DNA of 64,000 nucleotides from Octopus bimaculoides (Eukaryota), in contig NC_068983.1 in the NCBI RefSeq assembly GCF_001194135.2, forward strand, positions 117,182,959 to 117,246,958, written 5' to 3'. Positions within the stretch are counted from its first letter, which is position 1, and every line of letters begins with the position of its first letter. The notes beneath the pieces were generated by a model. That model saw only the letters and a program-made list of their open reading frames with translations, did no database searches and had not been told where the DNA came from. The translations under genes were made by a program, and so were the position numbers. Positions 1 through 13,261 of this stretch are shown here, piece after piece.

Positions 1-149
1 TCGTCTTTGTGAAATCCATAACTCCTCGTCTTCTTGACAACGATAGGTCTGGAAGTAGTATCCACATTGAGAAAGCCTCTTCCTACACTGACCGATTTGC
101 AACCGGTTCGACACAGTACACACCGTTTGCCAACCTAATATAACTTTCC

Positions 150-480
150 TATTCCTGCTTTATCTAGTTCTCTCTCCTGGTGGGAATACATCCACTTGCT
201 TCAAACAACAAGGTCACCGGATCTAACAATATCCATCCAATTACATCCATCAAATATATAAATCTCTCACTCTCTACGGAGACGTACTCCAACATTTGGA
301 AGCACTTTTCAAAGTGTCCCATCGGAAATAAAGGCAACCCCTCTAACTCAGCTAACTATCTTCATATTCCTTTCTTTTCGAGTATCAGTAAGGCAACAAA
401 GACAGCATTAACATTGATATCCTTCAACTTGAATCTCTCTTTCTTTCCGTCTCTCTCTCTCGCCATCTTTCCTTCTTTCT

Positions 481-511
<31 letters not shown>

Positions 512-1100
512 ANNNNNNNNNNNNNNNNNNNNNNNNNNNNNNNNNNNNNNNNNNNNNNNNNNNNNNNNNNNNNNNNNNNNNNNNNNNNNNNNNNNNNNNN
601 NNNNNNNNNNNNNNNNNNNNNNNNNNNNNNNNNNNNNNNNNNNNNNNNNNNNNNNNNNNNNNNNNNNNNNNNNNNNNNATATGTTTCTCTTTCTTTCTCT
701 CTCTACTCTCTCTCTCCCTCCCTCTCTCTGTCTACTCATCAGAGATTGCCAGTTCGGCTTTTGCAGAGCCAGAGGTACTGCGTGCTCCGTATCGAGACTG
801 GAAATCAAGTATCGAATTATTAAGTTGAAGTCATGATATAACAACAGTTTGTTCATGTAAGAAACCGAGTTATTGGGCATTCAGCAGCCAGACTTCACGA
901 GACAGATAAACCTAGATCCTTCTGGAACTCTTCCTTTCAAGGCTATTTTGCAGTGCAAATTTTCACATTGCATGTTAATCTGCGAATTTGCTGCACATGC
1001 TCTCTCGTCTTTGTAGTTGTCGCGTTTACGACCGTCAGCTCAGCTTGGCTATGACGATTTAACTGGCCAAAGTGAATCTACTGTGAATATTTTCTCCTGT
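150..1100 (+). mobile_element. Degenerate CR1/Jockey-group LINE reverse transcriptase fragment, split by a (TC)n tract and an N gap
   Basis: NNKVTGSNNIHP...KGNPSNSANYLHIPFFSSISK resembles KApGPD...KKGd.s.p.NYRPISL.S.iSK; after the gap QFGFCRARGT resembles QyGFR..RST. Confidence 0.5.
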
Positions 1101-1289
1101 CTTGGCAAATTTCAGTACAGAGCATTTGTAATCAACTAATTAGGAATGATACAGAGTTATTTTTTCAATTGTATTGACCTGACGTTGAAATTTTATAATT
1201 CATGATCAACTTAATTATTACTTGTGCGGTGAAATATTACTATTAAATGTTTGCTTGGTGTTATTATGTGATTCACACGCAACTTAACG

Positions 1290-1875
1290 TGCGCATAACC
1301 ATCTCAGCAACAGTTCCTTAGAGGTTTAGTGGCAAATACATCGAATTTCGCAGGGAAAATACGAGTCTCAATGGAAAACAACTAACTGCTCTGCTTCGAA
1401 AGATTTTTCGGATGAAGATAATTTCGCGAAATCCCTGGTCGAGCAACCATTTCAAGGGACATCGCAGGTTCGAAATAAACTCCACAGACATGGAGGTATC
1501 GTCAGCCAGACCTGCCGGAGGTACTAGTCGGCCAACGAATCTGTTATGCTCGCATCAAACGTACCCGAACACTGCTGACATATGAAATTATGTCAGAAAC
1601 GTATGAAACAGTATGAAGGATGCAGATATCAACTCAATATATTGTAAAAAAAATGTCTTGCCTCTATCCTATGGCCGGGAAGGGCAGGCGATCGAGACTG
1701 GTGGTTTGGTTAAAGATATTGTATAGCAGACGAGACTAGTGTGTATGATGAAAGTGAACGAACCACCTCTGAAGTGTAGACTGGAAGAGTGCTGGCAGAA
1801 GACCTTAGTGCTTAAGATCACCATGGTTTCGAGGAATTTCCATGAAAGGTTATTGGAGTTCTCTGTATTGAGGAA
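1290..1875 (+). mobile_element. 3' end of a Tx1/L1-type LINE ORF2 (zf-RVT region) plus 3' UTR, decayed
   Basis: QVRNKLHRHGGIVSQTCRRY*SANESVMLA (decayed C-terminal zinc finger), then VLPLSYGREGQA...KDIV*QTRL, typical of Tx1-like ORF2 C-termini. Confidence 0.6.
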
Positions 1876-2081
1876 GTTTTCTTATTTAAAATATTTGTAG
1901 TTAGCATATCGATTTAATTATATTCTATTTACATGCAAAATTTTCTGTTTTAACCACCCTAATATTTGTAATACCTTCGATTGTTTTTGTGAGCTTTGAT
2001 AGCTAATAATGAAAGCATTGTTATTATAGTTGTTTCTTTACATTCTGAGCTCAAATGCCGTCGAAGTTAACTCAGTTGAAC

Positions 2082-2270
2082 AAAATACTTAGTGGTATTG
2101 ATTCCTCTTTATTATGTCTTGAGTTCAAATACCACCAAGGTCAACTTTGTTTTTCATTCTTTTGGGGTCAATAAAGTAAGTACCAGTTGAGTAATGAGGT
2201 CTATATAATCGATTTTCAAATCTCTTGAAAATCGCTGACCTTGTGTCAAAATTAGAAATAATTATTATAA
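2082..2270 (+). mobile_element. Octopus-type tRNA-derived SINE (family A), 5'-eroded
   Basis: gagttcaaat B-box-like motif, then ...ttcattcttttggggtcaataaagtaagtaccag core and gaccttgtg tail shared with many copies in the window. Confidence 0.75.
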
Positions 2271-2599
2271 TTAGAACTGTTGTTGTTGTCGTTATATCGA
2301 TGTATTAGCAACATTGGTTGAGAACCAGGCAAAATTGCATCCCATATTTGCTACGGATTTCTGCGGCCATAGTTCAAAACCTGTCGGGGTCAACATTCTC
2401 TTTCATTATTCCGTGGCCAATAAAATGCTTGGGTCGCTTTAATCCACTGAACTCTTCCCACTAAACTTCAGGACTTGTGCATATATTAGAAATAATCAAG
2501 TTTGGTCGATTTGTACAAACGTTATAGTCCAGTAAATGTACACCAGGACCCACCGATAATTGCAACAGCAATGAAACCAGTGTTATTTGTCTTGGATAC

Positions 2600-4920
2600 A
2601 GATTTCTTATAACATACTAAAAGTTCCAAAGAATCGTCGGAGTGGAACATGGGGAAATAACAGAATGCAAATGCATCAGTATTTTGCCATGTTTTAAATT
2701 GGCGCAAATCTTTAAATGGCCATAACTTAACCAATGAAGATAATCCAAAATGAAAAATACTTTTACCCATGTTTTCATGGTTAATCTTTCAAGTAAAAGT
2801 GTTAAAAATGAGGTACCCCACCATAAAGTTAGAAATGACTTACCTCCACTCCGCTTCCGCACACACATATACGTCCATAATAAAATTGTTTACCACAAGA
2901 TAAAACACAACTCTTAATCCCAAGTGCTTTCGTTTAAATTGATCATCTGGTGATAAGAAAGAAATAAAATAAAATACCTAGACACAAGTATATGCTCTAC
3001 AGTAAAAGCTTACAGTCCACAATGTCCGTCAGTCCGCTTACCATTTTTTTGTCAGATTTAGCTGTTATCTCCATCCTCAACATTATCCATAGTCGTCGTT
3101 CTGACAAACACTTCTGCACCCAGAACAAGCAGATGAGCATAGAAACCCATGCCTCCGGCAGCTACAGCGCAGCGTCCCGCAACCTGACTTGCAGGCACAC
3201 CGCAGTAAAATCAACAACGACTGTGGTGCAGGGGCAAGGTCAGAGATGACTGGTTTCGAAGTTCCATCTGAGAGCTTCCATTCCCAGTCTTCAGCATTCA
3301 GTGTGTCCTCCTGCCACTCTTGCCACTCTTCGACTTGATGGTAGACACGCAGGTTGTGGTACTTCGTAGCTGCTGATATGGGTGTCAGCATATTAGGAAG
3401 AACTGCCTAATTTCTCTCGATGATAAGAGCTTGGAATCCCAGCGACATCTAACATCATCGAGGGAGTCGCTGGGGTTCCACTTATAGACAATGGCCATTT
3501 CCTTCTCACCAGCCGTGATGATGTCGTCCTTTGTTGCCATTTTACTCCTGAATACCTCCGCCTGTTTCCGAAATGCCTTGCTGTCTTGAATAAGTTTGTA
3601 ACCTGCAGCCTTCCCGATACCAAAAACACTGGATGTGGTATCACACTCCAAGAAAGCATGCACAAAGAGAATATGCCTGCAAACCTGGACCCCAAGCTTA
3701 TGCTTGATCGAATTAACACCCACGCACCTGACTTATGCTCCTTTCTGTGGTTCAGGTCGGAAGTGGGTGTCATCTTTGTCCTCTCCTGCAAGGTGGATGA
3801 GGAGAACAAGTAGGCCTGTGTCATCTCCGACTAAAACAGTTTCTCTGTCCTCACAGATTCTTACTGCAGTTTAGACAATAAGAGTATCTGCATCTCCTCT
3901 GGCATGGATAACTTCACAGCTTTCTTTGACCAGGGCATCTCCCGAAAGCTCAAGAAAGCGTTGTCTCTTCTCTTGGTTTGAGAGGAATTCCTTTTTTAAC
4001 TGCAGCTTCGTGGACAAATAGAATGTCACCTTCCTACCCTCACACTCCACTCGGCGCTGATGTGTGCTGTCTTTTGTTCAAGGTCCCACCTCATAAACAT
4101 CGAACACAACCGCTGCCTCATAGTATTTTGCAACATATCTTGTAACATTTCCATGAAATGCGATGGAGAAGAGCACATTCATCAAGGACGTATGTGATAC
4201 TGTTATATAGTTCTGAGTTGTGTGGTACCTTCGACCAAATGGCATCAGCCAGTTGTGGCTTTAAGAATTTCAGGAGCTTTTCCTTTCCTCCTAACAAGAC
4301 AGGTGGATAGTTGCAGAGTTCATAGGTGAGGGTATTCAGAAGATCATTTGCCTGAGATCCTGCAATGATGAGTCGTTGAAACAGAAGACGATCATCATTA
4401 CATCCTCATCACCTATCCTGACTGCCGACTTAGAGTCAAAAGTTCCAGCTTGGGCTTTCCTTTTGAATCTGTACTTAAGCTCATCTCCAACCATTTCATT
4501 AAGAGTGTCATATCCGATCCTTTTTGCATCATCCACATTAACCTCAGAATCAGCCGATATTCAGCTGACTATGTTGCGGACGGATGAGTCTGCTTCGAAT
4601 GGAGACTTCCAGTTAATGAAGGGTAGCAATTTGCTACAGGCACTATTGTCCCTTGTTTGCCGAGCTTGTGATATGTCTTTATGTGGTTCACTTGTCTTAT
4701 AAGTGATGAATGTCAGCTGTTGCAATGCCATGCTTACTTCTTCACAGACTGGCCTTAAAAGACACCACACCAGTCTTTGGGCTTCCGCCATTCCCTTCTC
4801 TCTGGTCAGACCGCCACTCGTCTTCAGACTTCTCATTAGTACCTGGAGACAACCCTGCCCAAAATCGGTCAATCGTCCTGACTACATATTAGAGCGTTAG
4901 ACAGAATGCTTTGCAGAATT
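2600..4920 (-). mobile_element. Academ (AcademX-like) DNA transposon remnant, 5'-truncated; coding remnant about 4900-3083
   Basis: Frameshifted ORFs: RFWAGLS/QVLMRSLKTSGGLTR; HARGDADTLIV...VLVGDDTGLLVLL (PIN/XPG-like); HAFLECDTTSSVFGIGK (helix-turn-helix loop); SAATKYHNLRVYHQV; C-terminal nine-Cys CXC motif CACKSGCGTLRCSCRRHGFLCSSACSGCRSVC. The 2600-3080 boundary is a guess. Confidence 0.75.
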
Positions 4921-5057
4921 TGTTCCGGTTCTATTCACTGAGTTCAAATTCTTCCAAGTTCAAAATTGCCATTCAAGTACTGAGGTCAATTTAATCAGCT
5001 AAACCTTTTTACCAAATGTCAGGCTTGTATATGAAAAAACCTACTAATATAGGTTTT

Positions 5058-5266
5058 AAATTTTGGCATAAGGCCAGTAGTTTCGGATAAAAAGATAAGT
5101 CAATTACATTGACCACAGCATTTAAATGGTATATATTTTATCGACGCCGAAAAGATGAAAGGCAAAGTAGACCTCAGCGGAATTTGAATTCAAAACGCAG
5201 AGACGGACGAAATACCACTAACACACTTTACCTGGTTTGCTAATGCTTCTACCAGCTCGACACCTT
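5058..5266 (-). mobile_element. SINE family A
   Basis: Reverse complement of gagctggtagaagcattagc...gaattcaaattccgctgaggtctactttgcctttcatc. Confidence 0.85.
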
Positions 5267-5534
5267 AGAAGCCTATTAATATTATCAACAGATTTTATGT
5301 GCTTCTGTACAATCATTCTGTACAATCATTCAATCCAATGTACCTGCCTGTTTCAGATTTATGTGCAGCTTTATCTTCTGTAGGATTGTTTGAATTGCTT
5401 TCCACAAAGAGCAGCTGGTTTATAATTTATCTGTTGCATTTCTAACAGTTCGTGGTTTCATTGAATTTTTGCTGTTTTCCTTTTTACTGTCAGTGCTTGG
5501 AAAACAAACAGCTGGTATTGCGTCCCTAAAAATT

Positions 5535-5565
<31 letters not shown>

Positions 5566-5639
5566 NNNNNNNNNNNNNNNNNNNNNNNNNNNNNNNNNNN
5601 NNNNNNNNNNNNNNNNNNNNNNNNNNNGTATTAGTTTTA

Positions 5640-7090
5640 ATTATATATTTTTTTCTTCTTTCACGCAGCTCTTTTTCATATTGGCTTGGTGTACCATATT
5701 AGATTTGGAGATGACTTCTTGGATGGCACATAGCAAATTTCTAAGGTGTGACGCGATTTCAATAGCTTTTCTTCAGTTATTGCATGTCACGTAATTTTTG
5801 TTTTTTGCTTTTTTGTTTCTTTTATTTTTGCTTTCGATAAATGCCTGATTTACCGATAGACACATTTCTGGAATCCTTCTTTCTCATTTGGGATGATATT
5901 TCTTTCTAGAGAATCATTTAGCCTGTTATAGAGTATAAATTTAAGGATATTTTCATCTTCGCTTTTGTCTTCTGCACAACTCGATATCTCGTACGTCTCT
6001 TCTGTTGACAAAAAAACGTTACAGGCCTGTAGTATGGGAGGTCTCTGGAGCTTATGATTTAGAACGTCATTATTGTAACCATTCAGGTGTCAATTCTGGT
6101 CTGTTCACTAATTCATTGAATTCTATAGCTACAAATTCATGAATACTGATTAGCAGTTGCAACCAGAAATTGAGAACTTCCTTAATCCCAAGAGCTTTCC
6201 AGTTACCTGTAGCGTTTATTGTATTGTAACTTTTTTTGTTAACTATAATGGGCCAAGTTTGTTATAGTTTACTCTCCCTTTTCATTTCTATTATGTTTTT
6301 ATTTTTATTTGCACAGAATATTTTCGCTTCATGATGTTTGAAATTTCGTTCAAGTTGACGTGTCATCGAATGTCATATTTATTATTTATTCTGCTGTATT
6401 TATTTATGTATTTATGCATTTTTTTGTATTAATATCTGTAATATTGTTTGGAATTTTTGAGCAACATTTTACAACAAAGTCCGTCAATATTACCTGTTTT
6501 AACCGAAAGATTTTCTAAAACTTGCCTGTTAGATATTGAGTAACTTTTTCAATATAGATTTTGATGGGGAGGTAAGGTGGCAGAATCGTTAGCACGCCGC
6601 ATAAATGCTTAGCAGTATTTCCTCCCTGAGTTCAAATTCCGTCAAGCTCAACTTTTCCTTTCGGAGTCGATAAAATAAGTACTGAGATTTGATATAATCG
6701 ACTTACCCCTCTCCCGCAATTGCTGACCTTGTGCCAAAACTATTATTATACTAATCAATATATATTTCGATAAATTATTTTCCAAACGACTTCACTTCCA
6801 GTTCTCTGATTTATACCTTTTCATTCCTTGCCAGTTTAACTTGATATTTTTTCTCTTCGCTTTCCTTTAGAGTTCACTGCCTTCCTAGTGTGTATTTTAG
6901 CTGTGGCTGGATATCTGGTTTGGTGTTTTTTTTATGGCAACATGTTCGATCATAAACGCCATTTACGGTTTTACGTGTTTTTACCCTCCTCATTTTTGTC
7001 TTGTTTTGATGCTTGTTTATTTGATTTGAGGCAGTGTTCAACCTCAGTTACGATACACCTAGCCGTAACCGTAGTGTTTCGTTTCCTTGT
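5640..7090 (-). mobile_element. Highly degenerate R4/Dong-like LINE fragment, interrupted by a SINE
   Basis: NRPELTPEWL...YYRPVT and LERNIIPNEKEGF resemble PEWL..G.T.LIPK...NYRPITCL...LP.EQKG, as in the clearer copy at 59559. Confidence 0.5.
6569..6745 (+). mobile_element. SINE family A
   Basis: ggtggcagaatcgttagcacg (A-box-like), gagttcaaattcc (B-box), cctttcggagtcgataaaataagtac core. Confidence 0.85.
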
Positions 7091-7702
7091 ACTTGCTTAT
7101 GGATAACTATTTGGTCCATTACACTCACGTGTTGCTTCGTCGTCTTCTTGATTTTAAAGAAGAGTCACACACTTCCATAGACCAAGCCAATGTATTATCT
7201 GTAGAACATACCCTAGAACATGTAACTGTAGCTTCTAGGTATATGAAAGCACCTTACCCTGGTTTTATGCATTGTGTTTAGAACCAGAAATATTTCACCA
7301 ACCTTCCTTTCCTTTTACAGTGCATAACCCTCGAGCTATAATGCACTAGATTCATAAAACTCTTCACCCTTTCATTTGTTTGTTTCCATCTTCAGCCAAT
7401 AATATTTTCAGACTCACAAGATTGGTATTTTTCATATTTAGCGAAGCACCAATTTTATTGGGAAGGTGTAGCTACCTTTTTGCTTTCTTTTTTTTTTTTT
7501 TTCATATTTTATTTTTTTCAAAGATAAAGAAAAGCATCTGCCTGTACAACACGTTATTTGCATTTTCTTTTTATGTTAAAGTCTTACAGTCTGCTAAATA
7601 TTTTACGACGTAGTAAGACACTCCTAAAGATGCTTCTTCGAGCATCTTTACAAATATTTGTTGCTAATTGTATGATATTATAATAATATTTGTTCAAAAT
7701 GT

Positions 7703-8070
7703 AAGGCAGCGAGCTGGCAGAAACGTTAGCACCCCAGGCGAAATGCTTAGTGGTATTTCATCTGTCTTTACGTTCTGAGTTCAATTTCTGCCGAGGTCGA
7801 CTTTGCCTTTCGGATTTGATAAATTAAGTATGAATTGTGCACTGGGGCCGAACTAATCGACTGCCCCCCCCCCCCCCCNNNNNNNNNNNNNNNNNNNNNN
7901 NNNNNNNNNNNNNNNNNNNNNNNNNNNNNNNNNNNNNNNNNNNNNNNNNNNNNNNNNNNNNNNNNNNNNNNNNNNNNNNNNNNNNNNNNNNNNNNNNNNN
8001 NNNNNNNNNNNNNNNNNNNNNNNNNNNGCCTCGAATATTTCGGGCCTTGTGCCTAGAGTAGAAAAGAATA
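7703..8070 (+). mobile_element. SINE family A, near full length, spanning a poly-C tract and N gap
   Basis: ggcagcgagctggcagaaacgttagcac...gagttcaatttctgccgaggtcgactttgcc...gggccttgtgcctagagtagaaaagaat. Confidence 0.9.
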
Positions 8071-8479
8071 TTTGTTCAAGATGTAAACGGAGTTTTCTTT
8101 TTGTTTTGGCACTCTAACGTGGGGCAGGGTATTAGAAGGAAACAGCATTATATAATATATATTTTGATGAATTAAAGATTAATAAAGAACAAAATCTTAT
8201 ACCGAATAAATAAAAATTTTGATATACAGTAACAGAAAAAAAAATGATATGAAAATTAAGTATCCATTTACGATGAGAATGCTTTCTGTAATAGTGAGCA
8301 AGTGAAGCCCCCATCTCCCATAAAGTGTCAACACTCAATAAACTCTACTTGAAGTTTTTACTTATATTCTGTGCATTTTATGCTGTTTAAAATTTTAAAC
8401 AATTTTCTTCACAACCTGTACTTCATCTAGAATTTTGTTGTGTATATTGCATAAGTATTTTATGAAACCTGTTATTCAT

Positions 8480-9700
8480 CGCTGTAGTATTTACTTTGTT
8501 CAAAGGGGAGGACAGTTCTCCCCACAGAGTTTGGCGCTCTTATATAAGTTGTGAGTTCATTCTTAGCGGAGTGTCGTCTTTAGAGGAAACCTCGTATTTT
8601 CTAAAGCTTTTTCATGTTTTTTTTTTTTGCGTCTTACTTTGGCTTCCATTTCTATTTTATAAAACTTACTTATCGTCTTCGGCCTAAATATGGTTTCATC
8701 CTACCCTCATTCGTGAATGAGGTAGTACTGCCATGGGCATATACTTCCGCGTCGTTTAGCACTAGTTGTTTGCGTTGATGTGATTTATTCTGCCTGTATT
8801 CAAGTTTGGGTTTCAATAGACAGCTCATGGCTATGGTGAAGAGGCCCTTTAGTTTGTCAACTCACAAGCTGTAATTATTCTCGTCTTTATTATTCTCTAT
8901 TTTTTTCTTCGTTGCAATACTGTTGGTCTCAGATTATTTTTCACAGAAATCCCTTCAATGGGTTTTGTACACACGTGTGTAGGTCACCTAAATTTAATAC
9001 TGAGTTTTAAGGTCTTCCTCTCATCATCCTTTACAGGGTACAGTTCTGATTTTGCATTATGATTTTGCGTGGTTCTGAGAACTTGTATGCCTATGATGAT
9101 ATCATTCGACCACATACTGCTAGATATTACGTTTGGATTGGACTACGAACATGGCTTAAAATCCAGGAATTGACATCGTCTCACATGTCCCTGAGGGTGA
9201 AATTCTGTGTTCATCTTCCAAACACCTGCGGATTCAAGTTATGTGCTAGTATGTCACACATGACTTGGTTTGCGCTTTCACTCTGTTTTCTCCTATAAAG
9301 ATAATACATAGAATGCCGTATACCCACCATATTCTAATAAAGTTAATTTCACTTAAAATCACTGCCAGGTCTGCCACCAACTCATGCTAGTATGCTATAG
9401 GTAAAACTCCGTAGCCTTTCACCTTTCCAAAGTACAGGTAAGGTACCTTCTACCTCTTACACGTTTCTGTAAGAAACTGTGGTATGTTGGCACTAGTTCC
9501 ATGTAATCCGGAAGAATGTGTCTCCACCCCTTCTTATCTATTGGTTGAGGTAATTGTGTGGACACTCAGCAGAATTAAAAATAGATCCTTCCACGGGATG
9601 GATGCCCTGCTCACTAAGAAACCAAGATTCAAAAGTTCATGGGAAAAAGACCTATTTCGGATCTGAGACAGATGAACCACAATAATATTAAAATGACTTT
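8480..9700 (-). mobile_element. Very degenerate non-LTR retrotransposon, probably RTE-like
   Basis: ELVADLAVILSE resembles ELLYADDLALIAE; RVKAQTK resembles RVNLAKTK; weak LGD and KGL matches; higher GC than the flanks. Confidence 0.3.
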
Positions 9701-10910
9701 ACTAAAATACTCCCTAGTTGTTGATTAACTGCAGTTTGAATTTTAGAACCGAAATTCTGATAACTACAAAAACAAAATTTACTTCCCATTGACGGATGCC
9801 AAAAGAACTATGCTTTGCAGCATATGTGATCTGAAGTCCGGCTTTCAAAATAAAACATTCGGAACATCTTACAAAGCAAGATAGATATTTCTAACAAATA
9901 GACAATTATGCTTACTTTTGTTATATTTTGTAATATAACTATACATAGTAGAGATATATTTTAAATATGGAATAATGTATCGTATAATTCTAGAAATCTA
10001 AATCCCTCCATGCTAATGTTATTGGATTTATCTACTGGATTCTTATTAGGTGTTAAAACAACAAAAAAACATTGGAACAACGTTTTGGGGAAAATGTTAT
10101 GAAGGAATGGGTATAAAATTTGCAAAGAGAATGTATGAGGCATCCAAATCATAAGGAAAATTCCTATACAGGGAAAGAAAAGAAAATGATATATAAAAAG
10201 TACTAGAACAATTACAAAATGTATTTTGCACTCAAGTTACATTGTTACAAACGATGTGGGACATGAAAATACGAATATCACATAAAAATAGAGCAGAAAC
10301 AGTAACACTAAAACAATAGTCGTCAGAGAAACACTTTGAAAGTTTCACCATGATTCCATGACAAACCTACCAGCACAAAAACGAACAACAGCAAAAAGAA
10401 CAATTACAAAGACAATAAGTACAATAACAAAAATAGTATGTTCTTAGTATGTTTTCTTTTTTCGTGATTAAGTTTCTTGTAACAGAAATGTTATTGCTGC
10501 TCGTACTTTGTCATACGTGATTGATCGCCCACAAACACCAACACGTCTCTAAAACGTTTTTCAAAGGTACCAACCAAATAACTCTGTTGTACTCCATTCA
10601 GTCGTCATAGAATCAAATCCTAAAATAGCCACTACGTCAAAGATCTCGTAAGATGTACATCAATAATGAAAGGTATGGTGGTGGAGAAAAATGTTTGCTG
10701 GCTTCATTCCCAACCAATGCCCGGTAAAAGAACGTATGGCCTACGAATTACGCGTTTGAGTGAACAAGTACGTAGATGCTTAACCAATCAGAAATGGCGT
10801 GTCGAATTCACGTACTTGTCTAACATGCAAATGCTCTGTTTTTCTTTTACAAATTACTTGCTATGCGACCAAAATAATTGCAAGCACATAATATAACTAA
10901 AATTACTGTA

Positions 10911-11095
10911 AAGCGTCGTGCTGGCAGAATCGTTAGCACGCGGAGCGGCATTTCGTCCGTCTTTAGTCCTTTGTCTGCCACCCTTTCGAAGTCGATAAAA
11001 TAAGCACCAGTTGAGTACTGGAGTTGATGTAATCGACTTATCCCCTTCCCTGAAGTTGCTGGCCTTATACCAAGATCTGAAATAATTTTTCCTAC
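10911..11095 (+). mobile_element. SINE family A with internal deletion
   Basis: gctggcagaatcgttagcacg...ctttcgaagtcgataaaataagcaccagttgagtactgg. Confidence 0.85.
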
Positions 11096-11369
11096 AATTA
11101 CTACCTTTTCTTTCTTTTTCTCCATCTTCCGCATTAGGACTACCTATCTTTTTATAATCCGTATTAGTTTTCTATGTTCTATTAAAGCAACCATAGACGG
11201 TTGCATGTCACTGCACGTTTGTGAAATTTTTGATTCATAATCCCCCAAAACCTCATCAAACCAAGAAACATTCAACTGTGAGAACATATTAAGCATCATT
11301 TATTTAGTTTCTCTTTTGAAATAATATATTTCCTGCCATTGACTCATTTTTCATTTCAATTTTAAACGT

Positions 11370-11690
11370 ACATAACGAATTTGCCTCACTACTTGACAAA
11401 ATGTTCATTGTTGATTCAGTATTTGACATTCGTTCCTTCACGTTCAGCTGCTGGTAAAATTTCTTTTCATTGTTTCTGAAAAATCTGTTCCAGTACTGAT
11501 CTATTTTTCGCTAGCTTTTATGATATATCACCGATTTTGCTTGAATTTTTCTTTCATATTTATTTAAGAATAACTCTATCTGATGGCATTTTTCTTTCGA
11601 AATAGTATTCATAACGCTTCTTTACATACTTCTTTTTAATTATTGCATTTATGTTTATACTTTTTCTAGTCCTCTTTTCACCTGATCTCA
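11370..11690 (-). mobile_element. R4/Dong-like LINE fragment (region upstream of RT)
   Basis: Minus strand gives WNRFFRNNEKKFYQQLN, resembling QNrlF.nn.k.fy..L and homologous to 59100-59160. Confidence 0.5.
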
Positions 11691-12094
11691 TTCACCACCA
11701 GCATTACAAACATAAACGCAACCTAACTCACATAATATAAACAAACAAAAAACAACCCGAACACCAAGAAAAGAAAAATAAATCAATAACTATACGATCA
11801 AAAATGCAAGCAACAAAAGGTTAATGAACCACATATATGAACATACAAACATCTTCGACTATAACAACATCACAATAAAAAATAAATGTTATTTGTTGAA
11901 AACGATATAAAACATTTATTTGATACCTTTCCTATTCAAGAGGGTATAGGAAATTTCCGAAGAAATATTAATAAAAGATCTTCTTGTCAAAATAATCCAG
12001 CTAACCGGAGGGACGGAACACCTAAACTACCACAGGAATAAGACAAGCGGTCCATCTTTCATTCCTCTTTTTATCTACCTTGGCATTACCTTGG

Positions 12095-12180
12095 GAATAT
12101 GGCCACCTCCGCAACGATTTTAGGTCACTGCATATAGATCTGGTGGCCATCAACGAAACCAAAATTTTTGCTGCACTATT
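12095..12180 (+). mobile_element. Tx1/L1-type apurinic endonuclease N-terminal fragment
   Basis: GHLRNDFRSLHIDLVAINETK matches the D+vai.ET motif of APE domains. Confidence 0.5.
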
Positions 12181-12890
12181 TTTTACGCTCACGTTCAACA
12201 TGTACGCAAAACCTTGAAGGGCAACAATGTTTGCTGCTCACAACGATGGTTCTAGAAAATACCACATGTTGAAAGTGAGTTACTGCAGTTTTACCCTTCT
12301 CAACTACTATTCATCAAGTTACGCAGCTTGAGGAAAGAAGTGAAACAGCACATGGAAATTTACACCGGAAGCCGTAGTTCTGGTTCTGCATGCATGCACG
12401 TTGCCTTCTTGAATGGCAGCAATGTTTGCTGCTTGTAATGAAGGGTCAAGAAAATGTAGCCTTATCAAAGTTCATTCTCATTTCAACAAGATGACTAGTT
12501 GAGGCCAACGGATAGTAACATTCAATTTATATAACAGTTAAAACAAAAAGATGCGGTATAAACTGAATTACAAGATGAGTAATGATTTATGAGCGCATAC
12601 TAGTGTATGTGAAGCATGCTAAACACTACAAGGTAACGACCAGACTTCGTATGAATATTGGAGACTGAAAGTCAACATCGCTACCCAGCGCGAAGTCTGC
12701 TTTGCGGAAAGCAGCTTTCAAGAACACACCCTACTCATTCCGTAATCGAGTGATTGGAAGACACCTTTCTGGAGTCGGTCGTTTGTGAAAATTTCTCCAT
12801 GTATAGAACTGCCACGCCTCCCGATTAGAGCAAATGAACAAAACATATTCGTTCTCTCTCTCTCTTTCAGTGTATGTATGTATGTATATG

Positions 12891-12977
<87 letters not shown>

Positions 12978-13261
12978 TTGTGAATTCTCCCTATATATAT
13001 ATATATTTATATGCAATTATTTAAACATGATCGACTACTCATTCTAAATATGGTGCAATATTACGGTGATCATGTACAATTGTCTCTGAATAAGCTCACA
13101 TGTCCCAGTAGGAACAGCAGGGAAAAATATGGTCGTGGCAGTCAATAAAAATTTATAACTTCCTTCATATTTGGGAAATCGTTCGATTGACGTCAATGTC
13201 ATCAATTACTGTGATGTTGCAAAAAGCAAGAAATAGATTATGCTAAACTTAGAAATATCTA

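Larger units (their letters stand above)
7450..13150 (+). pseudogene. Decayed TLR-like gene remnant A (LRRs, Cys caps, TIR-like end), broken by TE insertions
   Basis: VLEGNSII 8129-8152, ENAFCN about 8275, TLNKLYLK 8331-8354, IDISNK 9881-9898, LMLLDLST 10013-10036, CLTCKCS 10817-10837, ACHCTFVKFL 11203-11232, TIR-like PDFV*ILETE 12640-12669 and KHDRLLIL 13023-13046. Confidence 0.45.

Noticed and set aside
11820-12000. Possible Penelope RT motif (NDIKHLFDTFPIQEGI)
   Set aside because: Single short motif without supporting context
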